A stretch of DNA of 64,000 nucleotides. Source: Candidatus Limnocylindrales bacterium. GTDB taxonomy: Bacteria; Chloroflexota; Limnocylindria; Limnocylindrales; CSP1-4. This document shows positions 27,945 to 37,208 of the stretch, one piece after another. Under the pieces are notes generated by a model, which was given only the letters and a program-made list of their open reading frames with translations, did no database searches and was not told the origin of the DNA. The position numbers and the translations under genes were made by a program. The stretch lies in contig JBBQMH010000001.1 in assembly GCA_038328755.1 (NCBI GenBank), positions 18,422 through 82,421 of the forward strand, given 5' to 3'. Every line of letters starts with the position of its first letter. Within the stretch, counting starts at the first letter, position 1.

Positions 27945-28502
27945 ATGTCACGGAACCGTCGCGCCCTCTCGATCACGATCGTCGCCGTCGTTGGCCTCCT
28001 GATCGTCGGGGCCCTCGTGGTTGGCCGACCCCCAGCGTCAGGAACACCGAGCTATCCGCCGGCCGGTTCCACGACGAGCCCGGCCGGGGCAGCGGCCGGG
28101 ACGACTCGCGGCCTCGTGGTGAGTGCCCTCGCGGCAGGCGGGCTCCAGGCTGAGGATGTTCTCTCCCCGTTCCGCCCGGCCGAGGCCGCGCGACTCGCAG
28201 CATCGCCCCGGATCGTCATTCGCGCGGTGATCCCGAATGATCCCGATCACGGTCGCGTGGTCATCTATGAGCTGCTGACGACCGGCGACGCGGCGACGGC
28301 CGCGCGGGAACAGGCGGCCTATGTCGCCAGTGGCATCGGGCGGATCCAGTTCCCGCCTGATGCCCGGTTCACGATCCGGATCGTCGGCACGACGGTCGTC
28401 TTCTACGCCTGGTCGGAGGGATCCTCGCCGGACGTCGAGCGGGCGGCGGCCGTCTCGACGGCCCTTGGAACGCTCGGTGTCGGGGTGGACATCCCGCGCT
28501 AG
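27945..28502 (+). CDS. membrane-anchored hypothetical protein (185 aa; alternative start 27762)
   Basis: MSRNRRALSITIVAVVGLLIVGALVVG anchor; upstream Pro-rich extension judged an artefact. Confidence 0.5.
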   Translation: MSRNRRALSITIVAVVGLLIVGALVVGRPPASGTPSYPPAGSTTSPAGAAAGTTRGLVVSALAAGGLQAEDVLSPFRPAEAARLAASPRIVIRAVIPNDPDHGRVVIYELLTTGDAATAAREQAAYVASGIGRIQFPPDARFTIRIVGTTVVFYAWSEGSSPDVERAAAVSTALGTLGVGVDIPR

Positions 28503-30190
28503 GACGACTCGCCCGCCTCGCCGCCGTGGGTCAGCGGCAGGGGCGATTCCACCGCCGCCCAGGCCCGAACCAGGTCCCGCTTCACCTTCAGCGTGTGGGT
28601 GCGGGGAAAATCCGGGTCTGGCCACAGGCGCCAGCCCGAGATCCGCTGGTTGGGCCCGAGGATCGAGTTGGCATGCTTGATGGCGAGGTCGATCTCCCCA
28701 CGGAGGATCGGGGAATCGTCGGTCAACCCGGCCGCCCGCTCCCCGGGAAGATCAGCGCCCTGGAGCAGGCCGTGCGTCCCGGGCGCGAGAACGACCGCCT
28801 CGACTCGCCCCGGGCTCGACTCCAGGACGACCGAATCCTGGATGCCCGCGATCCGCAGGGCATTCTCGATGTCCTCCGGGTAGACGTTGAAGCCGTTCGG
28901 CAGGACGATGATGTCCTTCTTGCGCCCTGACAGGATGAGTCGGCCGCCCTCATCGAGCCGCCCGATGTCGCCGGTCCGGTACCAGCCGTCCGGCGTGAAT
29001 GCCTCTGCCGTCGTCTCCGGCAGGTTCCAGTAGCCGCGGAAGACCGTTTCCCCGCGGAACTGGATCTCGCCATCGTCCGCCAGCCGCAGGTTAACGCCCT
29101 CCGGCGGCCGGCCGACCGTCCCCGGCTGGTGGTCGCCGAGCGTCGTGCAGGTTCCGGTGCCGGTCTCGGTTGACCCGTAGCCCTGGAGGACGGTCACGCC
29201 CATGTCCTCCCATGCCTCCTGGAGGGATGGCGGCAGGAACGCGCCGGACGAAAGGACAAGGCGCAGGTGGCCGCCGAGCTGAGCGTGGACACGGCCGAAT
29301 AGTCGGCGCCGAGCCCAGGCCGGAAGCCGTCGACCCACCGCCCGCAGCCGATTGAAGACCTTCATCTGGCCACGCTTGTTCACCTCGCGCTCGACGGCGC
29401 TCCAGAACAGGTCCAGCACCTGCGGCACCAGGACCAGGGTCGTCACCCGGTGCTCGTTGAGGGCATCGAAGATCACCCGCGGGTTGCGACTCCGGACGTA
29501 CAGGATGTCGGCGCCGACCGACAGGGCGTAGAACAGGCCGACGGACTGCTCGAGCAGGTGCGACAGCGGCAGGAGCGAGACGATTCGGTGCTCCATCGGG
29601 GGAACGATCCGATGGAACGAGGCAATCGACGCTGCGAGGTTGGCGTGGCCAAGCATCACGCCCTTGGGCGTGCCCGTCGTACCGGAGGTGAAGATCAGCT
29701 CGGCGATCTCCTCCGGAGCCGGAGGGCGCCAACTCGCCACGCTCGACTCCCAATCGGCCGGGAACCCCGCATCCGGTTCGGCGCACAGCGCCTCAACGGT
29801 GGTCGTCGGAAACGCCTCGAGGTGGACAGCATCGAGTTCGGGTGCATCGCGTCCAACGCCGATCGCCAGGTGGCGGGCCCCCGAGGATCGGACGATTCCC
29901 TCGATCCCCTCGATCGACATCCTGAGATCGAGGGGCACGATGACCAGCCGCGCCCGCAGCGCGCCGAAGTAGACAGCCGCCAGTTCCGGCGTCGACGGGG
30001 CCCAGGTCAGGAGTCGGTCGCCCGGGCCGAGACCCAGGGCGCGAAGTCGCCAGGCCGCGATCCGCGTCCGGCGATTCAGTTCCGCGTAGGTCCAGGTGAG
30101 CTTCGACCCATCGTCGAGGCGCATCGAGAGCGCGGGTCGATCACGGAATTGGGTCACGGCGGCATCGAGCAGGTCCAGGAGTGTCTTCAC
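28499..30190 (-). CDS. long-chain fatty-acid-CoA ligase / AMP-dependent synthetase
   Basis: TSGTTGTPKGV AMP-binding motif, YRTGD; ORF-track N-terminal 90 aa Arg/Pro-rich so internal GTG (VKTLLDLL) is proposed; coordinate +/-1. Confidence 0.85.
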   Translation of the reverse strand: MKTLLDLLDAAVTQFRDRPALSMRLDDGSKLTWTYAELNRRTRIAAWRLRALGLGPGDRLLTWAPSTPELAAVYFGALRARLVIVPLDLRMSIEGIEGIVRSSGARHLAIGVGRDAPELDAVHLEAFPTTTVEALCAEPDAGFPADWESSVASWRPPAPEEIAELIFTSGTTGTPKGVMLGHANLAASIASFHRIVPPMEHRIVSLLPLSHLLEQSVGLFYALSVGADILYVRSRNPRVIFDALNEHRVTTLVLVPQVLDLFWSAVEREVNKRGQMKVFNRLRAVGRRLPAWARRRLFGRVHAQLGGHLRLVLSSGAFLPPSLQEAWEDMGVTVLQGYGSTETGTGTCTTLGDHQPGTVGRPPEGVNLRLADDGEIQFRGETVFRGYWNLPETTAEAFTPDGWYRTGDIGRLDEGGRLILSGRKKDIIVLPNGFNVYPEDIENALRIAGIQDSVVLESSPGRVEAVVLAPGTHGLLQGADLPGERAAGLTDDSPILRGEIDLAIKHANSILGPNQRISGWRLWPDPDFPRTHTLKVKRDLVRAWAAVESPLPLTHGGEAGESS

Positions 30191-30258
30191 GGGCGAGTCC
30201 TCGAGACACAGCGTAGACGCCGACGGCTCTTTCCCGTTACCCGGCGGTCCCCGGGTCG

Positions 30259-30942
30259 CTAGTCGTCGTGGAGACCGTCGCCGGGCCTGGTGATGATGTA
30301 GCCCGTCATGTCCTTCGCGCGTGGGTCGATGGTCCTTTCGACCGGCAGGCCGGGGGTGTGGACCTCCTGGTCGCGGGAAGGGCGGATCCAGTCCAGCGTC
30401 TCGTGGTTCACGATGATCGAACCAACGCGGGCGCGATGGAGATCGCCCGCAGTTGTGTACTCGATCCACGCGTCGGTCAGCGGCACCATCGTCTTTCGGC
30501 GATGGATCTGCCGAACGGCATCGGCGCCAGGCGGCCCGTGCAGGTATCCATGCACCGTGTACGGCCCTGTCTGGAGCGTGATGGGCGACGGCCGCGTGCG
30601 GGACCGGCGTCCAAGGTTGCCGCGCGGACCGGCAGCCCGGATCGCAAGGACCTCATCACGACGAACCAATAGCTGCCGGGCGTCGCTCGTGTGCCCGTCA
30701 CTAAGCGCTGCCAGCATCACGTCGTGCAGGAGGTACTCGTCGCGTGCGTTCAGAGCGTCTGACAGGCGTTCAGCGGCATGCCGCCAGAAGCCAAAGATCC
30801 GACAGTCCTCGGCATAGGCGGCGAACTCCACCTCGACCTCCACCTCGACCTCGGCCGCATAGTCAAGGCCGGGCATCAAGGTCACCGCTTGCGGAGCCGC
30901 CGACTGAGGGAGCAGCCCGAGGCGCTTTCCGAGGCCAATCAT
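30259..30942 (-). CDS. hypothetical protein (227 aa) with EVEVEVEV motif
   Basis: ATG at 30942 (MIGLGKRLG); ORF-track upstream 147 aa are Arg-rich antisense overlap with diguanylate cyclase gene; co-directional downstream of GGDEF/HD-GYP gene. Confidence 0.55.
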   Translation of the reverse strand: MIGLGKRLGLLPQSAAPQAVTLMPGLDYAAEVEVEVEVEFAAYAEDCRIFGFWRHAAERLSDALNARDEYLLHDVMLAALSDGHTSDARQLLVRRDEVLAIRAAGPRGNLGRRSRTRPSPITLQTGPYTVHGYLHGPPGADAVRQIHRRKTMVPLTDAWIEYTTAGDLHRARVGSIIVNHETLDWIRPSRDQEVHTPGLPVERTIDPRAKDMTGYIITRPGDGLHDD

Positions 30943-30965
30943 CGCGGGACGGTCGTGTGCATGGC

Positions 30966-32567
30966 TTAGCCTGACGCGGCTCGACGACGCTCCAGCGCGG
31001 GCATCCCATCGGGGATCTCGACGGGTGGTGCGATCAGGAGCGACGGGTCGGGAACAGGCGCTGTGCCGGCAAACAGGCTGCAGAAGAGTGCCACCAACTC
31101 GGGATCGAACTGCCCGCCCGCCTGTTGGCGTAGCTCCGCGATCGCGGCGACATGGCCGATCGCAGCACGATACGGTCGGTCGCTGACCATCGCGTCGTAG
31201 GCGTCCGCGACGGCAACGATCCGGGCGCCGATCGGGATGTCCGTGCCCCGCAGGCCGTGCGGATAGCCGTGACCAGAGAATTTTTCGTGGTGGTGAAGGA
31301 TGATCTTCCCAGCGTCCTTGACCGTGGCCACCTGGTCGATGATGACCTGGCCAATGCGCGGGTGCTGGAATACCGCCTGCCATTCTTCGGGCGATAGCGG
31401 TCCCGGCTTCTCCAGAATCTGCTCAGGCACGGCGACCTTGCCGATGTCATGTAGCAGCGATGCAATCCGGATCCGCTGGACCTCCTGCTCGGGGAGCTTG
31501 AGTTCCTGCGCCATGCGCACGCCGATCGCTGCGATCAGCGCTGACGGCTTGCCCCGGTAGTGCGGCAACGGGGAGATGATGGCGGCGAGGGCCGACTCGG
31601 CAGCATGGCGCGCAAGGTCGCCGACTTCGGCGGCTCGTGCCCGCCCGGCGGCCGAAATCGGAGCCCGAGGGATGCGGGCTGAGTCGTCGTCGGTCTCGGC
31701 GAACACGTACGTCTGGTTACGTCCGAGCGACTTAGCCGAGTACATCGCGGCGTCGGCGTCTCGGAGGAGCTGATCCACGCGCAGGTTCTGCCCCTGTCCA
31801 CCGGCGACGCCAATCGACACGGACACGGCGAGATCGCCCGAAGACCCGGCGCTGAATTGCTGCTTGAGAACCAGCAGGCGGAGCTTCTCAGCGGTGGCCG
31901 CCGCTTCGTCGACGGGCGTTTCCGAGAGCACGATCACGAACTCCTCGCCGCCATAGCGTCCGACCAGGTCGACCTTGCGGGTGTTTTCGCGGAACACATC
32001 CGCGACACCCCGCAGCACCACGTCGCCGATCTCATGTCCGAACGTATCGTTGACCGCCTTGAAGTGATCGATGTCGATGAACGCGACCGAAAGCGGCCGG
32101 TTGTAGCGGGTGACTCGTTCAACCTCAGAGAACAGGTGGGCCAGCAGCGCCGGCCGGTTGGCGACTCGCGTGAGGCGATCGACGGTCGCAGCTTCCGTGG
32201 CAGACTGCATTGCGACAGCGATGTCGGCGAGCTCGCGCGCCAGCGGAGCCAGTGATCCGAATCGCTCTGCCAGGGGCACGCCGTCCAGCGAGCCAGCGGC
32301 AATGGCCGCGGCTGCACGCGTCAGAGCGGTGACTCGACCACGTAGCGCGACCGAAACAATGGCCATGCCGAGCAGGCAGCCCAGCGCGCCTGCCAGCAAG
32401 GGGGCTGCGAGCGCCGGGGCGTTCCCTGGCCCCGCGGCGACGATGGCTCCCAGCACGAGGAGAACTGCGAGCAGCGAGGCGGAAGCGTCGCGTAATGGAC
32501 CCATGACCAGAGCGTATTGGTCTTCAACCAGCGCCGGGAGTGGGAATAAGGTACCGGCTCGCATCAT
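30966..32567 (-). CDS. membrane-anchored diguanylate cyclase (GGDEF) fused to HD-GYP phosphodiesterase
   Basis: 2 TM; RYGGEEF GGDEF motif with DxLT...; HDIGK and [20 protein letters not shown] motifs. Confidence 0.9.
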   Translation of the reverse strand: MMRAGTLFPLPALVEDQYALVMGPLRDASASLLAVLLVLGAIVAAGPGNAPALAAPLLAGALGCLLGMAIVSVALRGRVTALTRAAAAIAAGSLDGVPLAERFGSLAPLARELADIAVAMQSATEAATVDRLTRVANRPALLAHLFSEVERVTRYNRPLSVAFIDIDHFKAVNDTFGHEIGDVVLRGVADVFRENTRKVDLVGRYGGEEFVIVLSETPVDEAAATAEKLRLLVLKQQFSAGSSGDLAVSVSIGVAGGQGQNLRVDQLLRDADAAMYSAKSLGRNQTYVFAETDDDSARIPRAPISAAGRARAAEVGDLARHAAESALAAIISPLPHYRGKPSALIAAIGVRMAQELKLPEQEVQRIRIASLLHDIGKVAVPEQILEKPGPLSPEEWQAVFQHPRIGQVIIDQVATVKDAGKIILHHHEKFSGHGYPHGLRGTDIPIGARIVAVADAYDAMVSDRPYRAAIGHVAAIAELRQQAGGQFDPELVALFCSLFAGTAPVPDPSLLIAPPVEIPDGMPALERRRAASG

Positions 32568-32758
32568 CCAATCGGTGCATCAACGCCCCACTCGCACGTT
32601 TGACCCATGCGGCGGCCTGTGCGACACTCCGGCGGCTCTCGCGGGTGCTCGGCCGATCGGCCGTTGGTCCGCACGGAGCTCGCGCCGGACCGTTGGGTTT
32701 CGAGGCCGCCGCGAACCGCACACGATCGACCCGAGGGGGTGAATCCGGATTGGCAGAA

Positions 32759-32935
32759 GTCCGAGTGGGCGAGAACGAGACGTTCGAGAGCGCCCTGCGC
32801 CGCTTCAACAAGAAGATCCAGCAGTCAGGCATCCTCGCTGAAGCTCGCCGTCGCGAGCACTACGAGAAGCCCAGCGTGAAGCGCAAGCGCAAGGAAGCGA
32901 AGCGCAAGAAGAACGCCCGAACCCCGCAGGGTTGA
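32759..32935 (+). CDS. rpsU: 30S ribosomal protein S21
   Basis: (M)[47 protein letters not shown]; TTG start with GGGGGTG RBS. Confidence 0.9.
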   Translation, partial: VRVGENETFESALRRFNKKIQQSGILAEARRREHYEKPSVKRKRKEAKRKKNARTPQG

Positions 32936-33080
32936 TCGGCCCGGACGGCTGGGACCGTCCGAGTGCCTACGGCCGGTGATGCGGCGAGTCGCATCGCAGC
33001 CCGGAGGTAGGCCAGCCGACGATCCCGGTTCCGTCCAACCGCCGACGCCCCAGGGCGACCTAGCCCGAGGTGCCATTCCG

Positions 33081-33539
33081 GTGACGCTCAGAGATCGGCT
33101 CCGCGCCGACACGATCGCAGCGATGCGGTCGGGTGATGCGCTGCGCCGCGACACCCTGCGGATGGTTGAGAACGCGATCTACAACGCCGAGAAGCGCGAC
33201 CAGCGCACCTATGCCGACGACGAGGTCGCGGTGATCCTGGGTCGCGAGGTCAAGACGAGGCGCGAGAGCGTCGAGGCCTTCGAGAAGGGTCATCGCCCGG
33301 ATCTCGTGGCCAAGGAGCAGGCGGAGATCGCCATCCTGACCGAGTACCTGCCCGAACCGCTCAGCGAGGGTGAGCTCGGCGTGCTCGTCGCCGAGGCGAT
33401 TACCGAGACCGGTGCGAGTTCGCCGCGCGACATGGGCAAGGTCATGGGCTGGCTGTCTCCACGGACACGCGGGCGAGCCGATGGGCGGGTCCTGAGCGGA
33501 CTGGTCACGGCCGCTCTCGCCGGAGCTTCCGAGACCTGA
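33081..33539 (+). CDS. yqeY: GatB/YqeY domain protein
   Basis: LRDRLRADTIAAMRSGD...LRMVENAIYNAEK; follows rpsU as in Firmicutes; GTG 33081. Confidence 0.85.
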   Translation: MTLRDRLRADTIAAMRSGDALRRDTLRMVENAIYNAEKRDQRTYADDEVAVILGREVKTRRESVEAFEKGHRPDLVAKEQAEIAILTEYLPEPLSEGELGVLVAEAITETGASSPRDMGKVMGWLSPRTRGRADGRVLSGLVTAALAGASET

Positions 33540-33540
33540 C

Positions 33541-35832
33541 GTGCTGGCTCATCGCGGAACCGACGCCGTCCGCCTGACCCGCCGCGAGGCTGGCCGGCTG
33601 GCGATCGCAGCCATTGCCCTGATCGTGGCAATGACGGCGATCCTCGGCGCCGATTTTTCGCCCAAGCGAGTCGACCTGCAGGTGGGGGACCTCGTCCCGG
33701 CCGATATCGTCGCCCCGCGCGCCCTGACCTACGAGAACACTGTTCTGACCGAGCAGGCTCGCCAGGCGGCGATCGACAGCGTCCCGCCCCAGTACGACTT
33801 TACGACTGAACGTGCGATCACGATCGCATCCGTTCAGGCCCAGACGTTCGCTGACAAGGTCAACCCGCTCGACGCGGCATTCGACCCCTCGACACCCGCC
33901 GTCGACCGCAGCGCCACCATCGAGGGATTCGCCGTGGCACTCTCTCCTGGTTCGGCGAATGCCCTTCGATCGCTCGATCTCGTGCGCTGGATCCCCATCC
34001 GGACCGAGGCGGCACGGGTGCTCGACAGCACGGAGCGCAGCGAGCTCAGGGATACCGAGGTTGCCGTCACGCAGTCGAGGCTGTCCGAACAGATGGCGGG
34101 TGGCCTGTCGGAGGCGGAGCGCATGCTCGCTGCGGAGCTGATCGCGCCACTCATCGTCCCGAACAGTTCCTTCAGTGCGGAACTGACTCAGCAGGAGCAG
34201 GACCGCCGCGCGGCAGAGGTTTCGCCCGTAACCGAGTCGTACCTGCCGCGCGAAATCCTCGTCCGCGGCGGAACCAAGTTGACGATTTCGGACGCCGCCG
34301 TCCTGGCCGCCTTCGGACTCGACAATGCCACGACCGATTTCGCCCAGCTGGCTGGCTGGTTCGTGCTGAGTGCCCTCCTGGTCGCGCTCCTGCTCGGCTG
34401 GATCTGGCGCTTCCGCCGGAGCTTCTGGCACCGCACCAACGTCCTGCTCCTGATCGGACTGCTGCTCCTGTTTGCGACGTTTGCGCTGCAGCTCACGGCG
34501 GGCCGGGCCGCACTGCCGTTTGTTCTCCCGCTGGCGGCCATTCCAGTGCTTGTCGCCGTCCTCCTCGACGCGGAGGTGGCAATCGTCCTGGCGGCGCTGG
34601 TCGCCGTCGTCGCCGGCGCCGTGAACGGTCCGTCCCTCGAGCTCGCGGCGTACGTTTTTCTGGGCGGCCTGGCGGGTGTGCTCGGCGTCCGGCGCGGGGA
34701 TCGCCTCCAGACGTTCCTGCAGGCCGGTGCCGTGGCATTCGTGGTCCAGGCGCTCGTCGTCACGGCCTTCTCGCTGCTCGGTGAACGGGACGTGACCGGG
34801 ACCGTCCAGCTGGTCGCTGCAGCTGGCATCAGTGCCGGTGGCGCGGCGGTCGTGGCGGTCGGGACGTTCGCGGTCCTGGGCAACGTCTTCGGGATCCTGA
34901 CGGTCTTCCAGCTCCTCGAACTGGCGAATCCGTCCCAGCCACTCCTTCGCCGACTGCTGATCGAGACGCCTGGCACGTATCACCACTCGCTGATGGTCGG
35001 GAACCTCGCCGAGCGCGCGGCAGAGGCGGTCGGCGCTGATCCGCTGCTGACCCGCGTCGCGGCCTACTACCACGACCTCGGGAAGCTCAACAACCCCGCT
35101 GGCTTCATCGAGAACCAGGCCGGCGGAGAGAACCTCCATGATCAGTTGACACCCGAGGAGTCGTCCCAGGTGCTGAAGGCGCACGTCGCGGATGGCATCA
35201 ACATCGCCTACGAGGGCCGCCTGCCAAAGGCGCTCATCGCGTTCATCCCACAGCACCACGGGACCGCTTCGATCAGCTACTTCTATGCCAAGGCTCGAGA
35301 GGAAGCCGCAGCGCCGTACGGCGGAGTGGAGACCGAAACCGGGGGAAAGGCGGCCGATACCGTCGATATCCGGAAGTACCGACACTCGGGACCGAAGCCG
35401 CAGTCCCGCGAGGCGGCGATCATCATGCTGGCCGATGGGGTCGAGGCGTCCGTGCGATCGCTGTCATCGCGCGACGAGGTCGCGATCCGCGGCATGGTTT
35501 CCCGGATCATCGCCGACCGGATGTCCGACGGGCAGTTCGACGAATGCGACCTGACGTTCCGCGACCTGGATCGGGTTCAGGAGGCCTTTGTCCAGCAACT
35601 CCTCGGCATGTACCACCAGCGGGTCGCCTACCCACAGAGCAAGGTGGTGGAGCAGGAGGCGCGGCGCGCTGCTGCCGCCGCGGCCGGTATCGACGGCACC
35701 GCCGCGGCGAAGGCGGGCGACGGCACCGCCGCGGCGAAGGCCGGCGAAGGCGACCCCGCGGCGAAGGCGGGCGAAGGCGACCCCGTCGCGAAGGCGGGCG
35801 AAGGCGACCCCGCGGCCCAGGGCAAAGGGTGA
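33541..35832 (+). CDS. pgpH: 7TM receptor HD phosphohydrolase (PgpH-like c-di-AMP phosphodiesterase)
   Basis: N-terminal extracytoplasmic domain, 7 TM, HD domain (YHHSLMVGNLAERAAE, YYHDLGK); C-terminal (AKAGEGDP)n repeats. Confidence 0.9.
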   Translation: MLAHRGTDAVRLTRREAGRLAIAAIALIVAMTAILGADFSPKRVDLQVGDLVPADIVAPRALTYENTVLTEQARQAAIDSVPPQYDFTTERAITIASVQAQTFADKVNPLDAAFDPSTPAVDRSATIEGFAVALSPGSANALRSLDLVRWIPIRTEAARVLDSTERSELRDTEVAVTQSRLSEQMAGGLSEAERMLAAELIAPLIVPNSSFSAELTQQEQDRRAAEVSPVTESYLPREILVRGGTKLTISDAAVLAAFGLDNATTDFAQLAGWFVLSALLVALLLGWIWRFRRSFWHRTNVLLLIGLLLLFATFALQLTAGRAALPFVLPLAAIPVLVAVLLDAEVAIVLAALVAVVAGAVNGPSLELAAYVFLGGLAGVLGVRRGDRLQTFLQAGAVAFVVQALVVTAFSLLGERDVTGTVQLVAAAGISAGGAAVVAVGTFAVLGNVFGILTVFQLLELANPSQPLLRRLLIETPGTYHHSLMVGNLAERAAEAVGADPLLTRVAAYYHDLGKLNNPAGFIENQAGGENLHDQLTPEESSQVLKAHVADGINIAYEGRLPKALIAFIPQHHGTASISYFYAKAREEAAAPYGGVETETGGKAADTVDIRKYRHSGPKPQSREAAIIMLADGVEASVRSLSSRDEVAIRGMVSRIIADRMSDGQFDECDLTFRDLDRVQEAFVQQLLGMYHQRVAYPQSKVVEQEARRAAAAAAGIDGTAAAKAGDGTAAAKAGEGDPAAKAGEGDPVAKAGEGDPAAQGKG

Positions 35833-36404
35833 CCCGCGCCCAGCTCGTCGATGGCTGGCGTATCGACGTGACCAGCCGGCCTGGAGTCCCGAAGGTCCTG
35901 TCGCAGACGTCGTGCGCCCGCGTCGTCGCAACGGCCCTGCGAGCGGCGGGCGCACCGAACCCGGCCTCGCTGTCCGTCCTCCTCATGACCGACGCCGAGA
36001 TCGCAGGCCTCAATGAGGCTCACCTCGGTCACGAGGGCCCAACCGATGTCCTCTCGTTTCCCCTCCTTCCGCCACAGGCGTTTCCGGTCCACCCGGGTGG
36101 CTACGGAGGATCGAGCGGCCCTGTCGGAGACGAGCGCCGGGCGCCTCCAGCGCCGTTTGTCCTCCCGCCGCGAGCGAGGCCGCACCTCGGGGACATCGCC
36201 CTGTCCGTCGAGCGCGCGGTGGCGCAGGCCGCCGAGGGCCGCGGCGGCCAGACCGGCGACCGGGCGTGGGCACCAGAGGACGAGGTTCGCCTCCTGCTGA
36301 CCCACGGCGCTCTCCACATCTGTGGCTGGGACCATGCCGACCCCGTCGAAGAGCGGGCGATGCGCGCCCTGGAACGCGAGCTCCTCGGCGCCCCGCCGGT
36401 CTGA
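35829..36404 (+). CDS. ybeY: rRNA maturation endoribonuclease YbeY
   Basis: HGALHICGWDH zinc motif; GTG overlaps pgpH stop (GTGA); ~45-aa Pro/Gly-rich insertion. Confidence 0.85.
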   Translation: MTRAQLVDGWRIDVTSRPGVPKVLSQTSCARVVATALRAAGAPNPASLSVLLMTDAEIAGLNEAHLGHEGPTDVLSFPLLPPQAFPVHPGGYGGSSGPVGDERRAPPAPFVLPPRARPHLGDIALSVERAVAQAAEGRGGQTGDRAWAPEDEVRLLLTHGALHICGWDHADPVEERAMRALERELLGAPPV

Positions 36405-36518
36405 CCGCGGCCCGCGCCGCCCGCCCCGGCCCGCCCCGGGCCGTGCCTCCGTCTCCGACGCCGCGCCGCGCCGTTGTCGTGTGACCTGCGCGGTCGCCCG
36501 AGTACCATCAGCCCAGTC

Positions 36519-37208
36519 GTGCCCTCGAAGATCGTGATCGGCCTGGGGAATCCGGGCCAGCAGTACGCGCAGACCCGTCATAACGTCGGCTGGATGGTCC
36601 TCGACCGTCTGGCGGACCGTGCCGGGTGGTCGGGCCGTGCCCGGAACAAGGACGCCGCGGCCACGATCGCAGGGCGTCACAAAGGCCTCGACCTGATCCT
36701 GGTCAAACCGATGACGTTCATGAACGAGTCGGGGATCGCCGTCCGCAAGATCCTTGCCATGGAGCGGGCCCCACTCCCGGAGATGCTCGTCATCGTCGAC
36801 GACTTCTCCCTTCCGTTCGGGAAGCTCCGGTTTCGCGAGGGCGGTGGACCCGGCGGGCATAACGGTCTCCGCTCGATCATCGACGAACTGGGGACCGAGG
36901 GGTTCGCCAGGCTCCGGGTGGGGATCGGTGCGCCCGACCAGGGGTTCATCGACCACGTCCTGTCGGCCTTCGAGCCCGCCGAGACCTCGCGCCTCGATGA
37001 GCTGCTCGATGCCGCCGCCGACGCCGTCGAGGCGTGGGCTCGTGACGGCCTGAGCAAGGCGGCCAATCGTTACAACTCCTTCGAGCTTCGGCCCGCCGAC
37101 ACGGATCGCAGTGCGCCTCCCGGCGAGGTGGACGGTCCGCCCGGCCCGGATGGGGTCCGCCGGACACGGACCGGCTGGCGCAAGGTCCGGAGCGAGGCGC
37201 CCGAATGA
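36519..37208 (+). CDS. pth: peptidyl-tRNA hydrolase
   Basis: IVIGLGNPG, HNVGWMV, FMNESG, GHNGLRS; GTG 36519 or TTG 36474. Confidence 0.88.
   Translation: MPSKIVIGLGNPGQQYAQTRHNVGWMVLDRLADRAGWSGRARNKDAAATIAGRHKGLDLILVKPMTFMNESGIAVRKILAMERAPLPEMLVIVDDFSLPFGKLRFREGGGPGGHNGLRSIIDELGTEGFARLRVGIGAPDQGFIDHVLSAFEPAETSRLDELLDAAADAVEAWARDGLSKAANRYNSFELRPADTDRSAPPGEVDGPPGPDGVRRTRTGWRKVRSEAPE

Noticed and set aside
32596-32625. Possible promoter TTGACC-N17-GACACT upstream of rpsU
   Set aside because: The -10 hexamer is a poor match; retained only as a weak possibility, not annotated.
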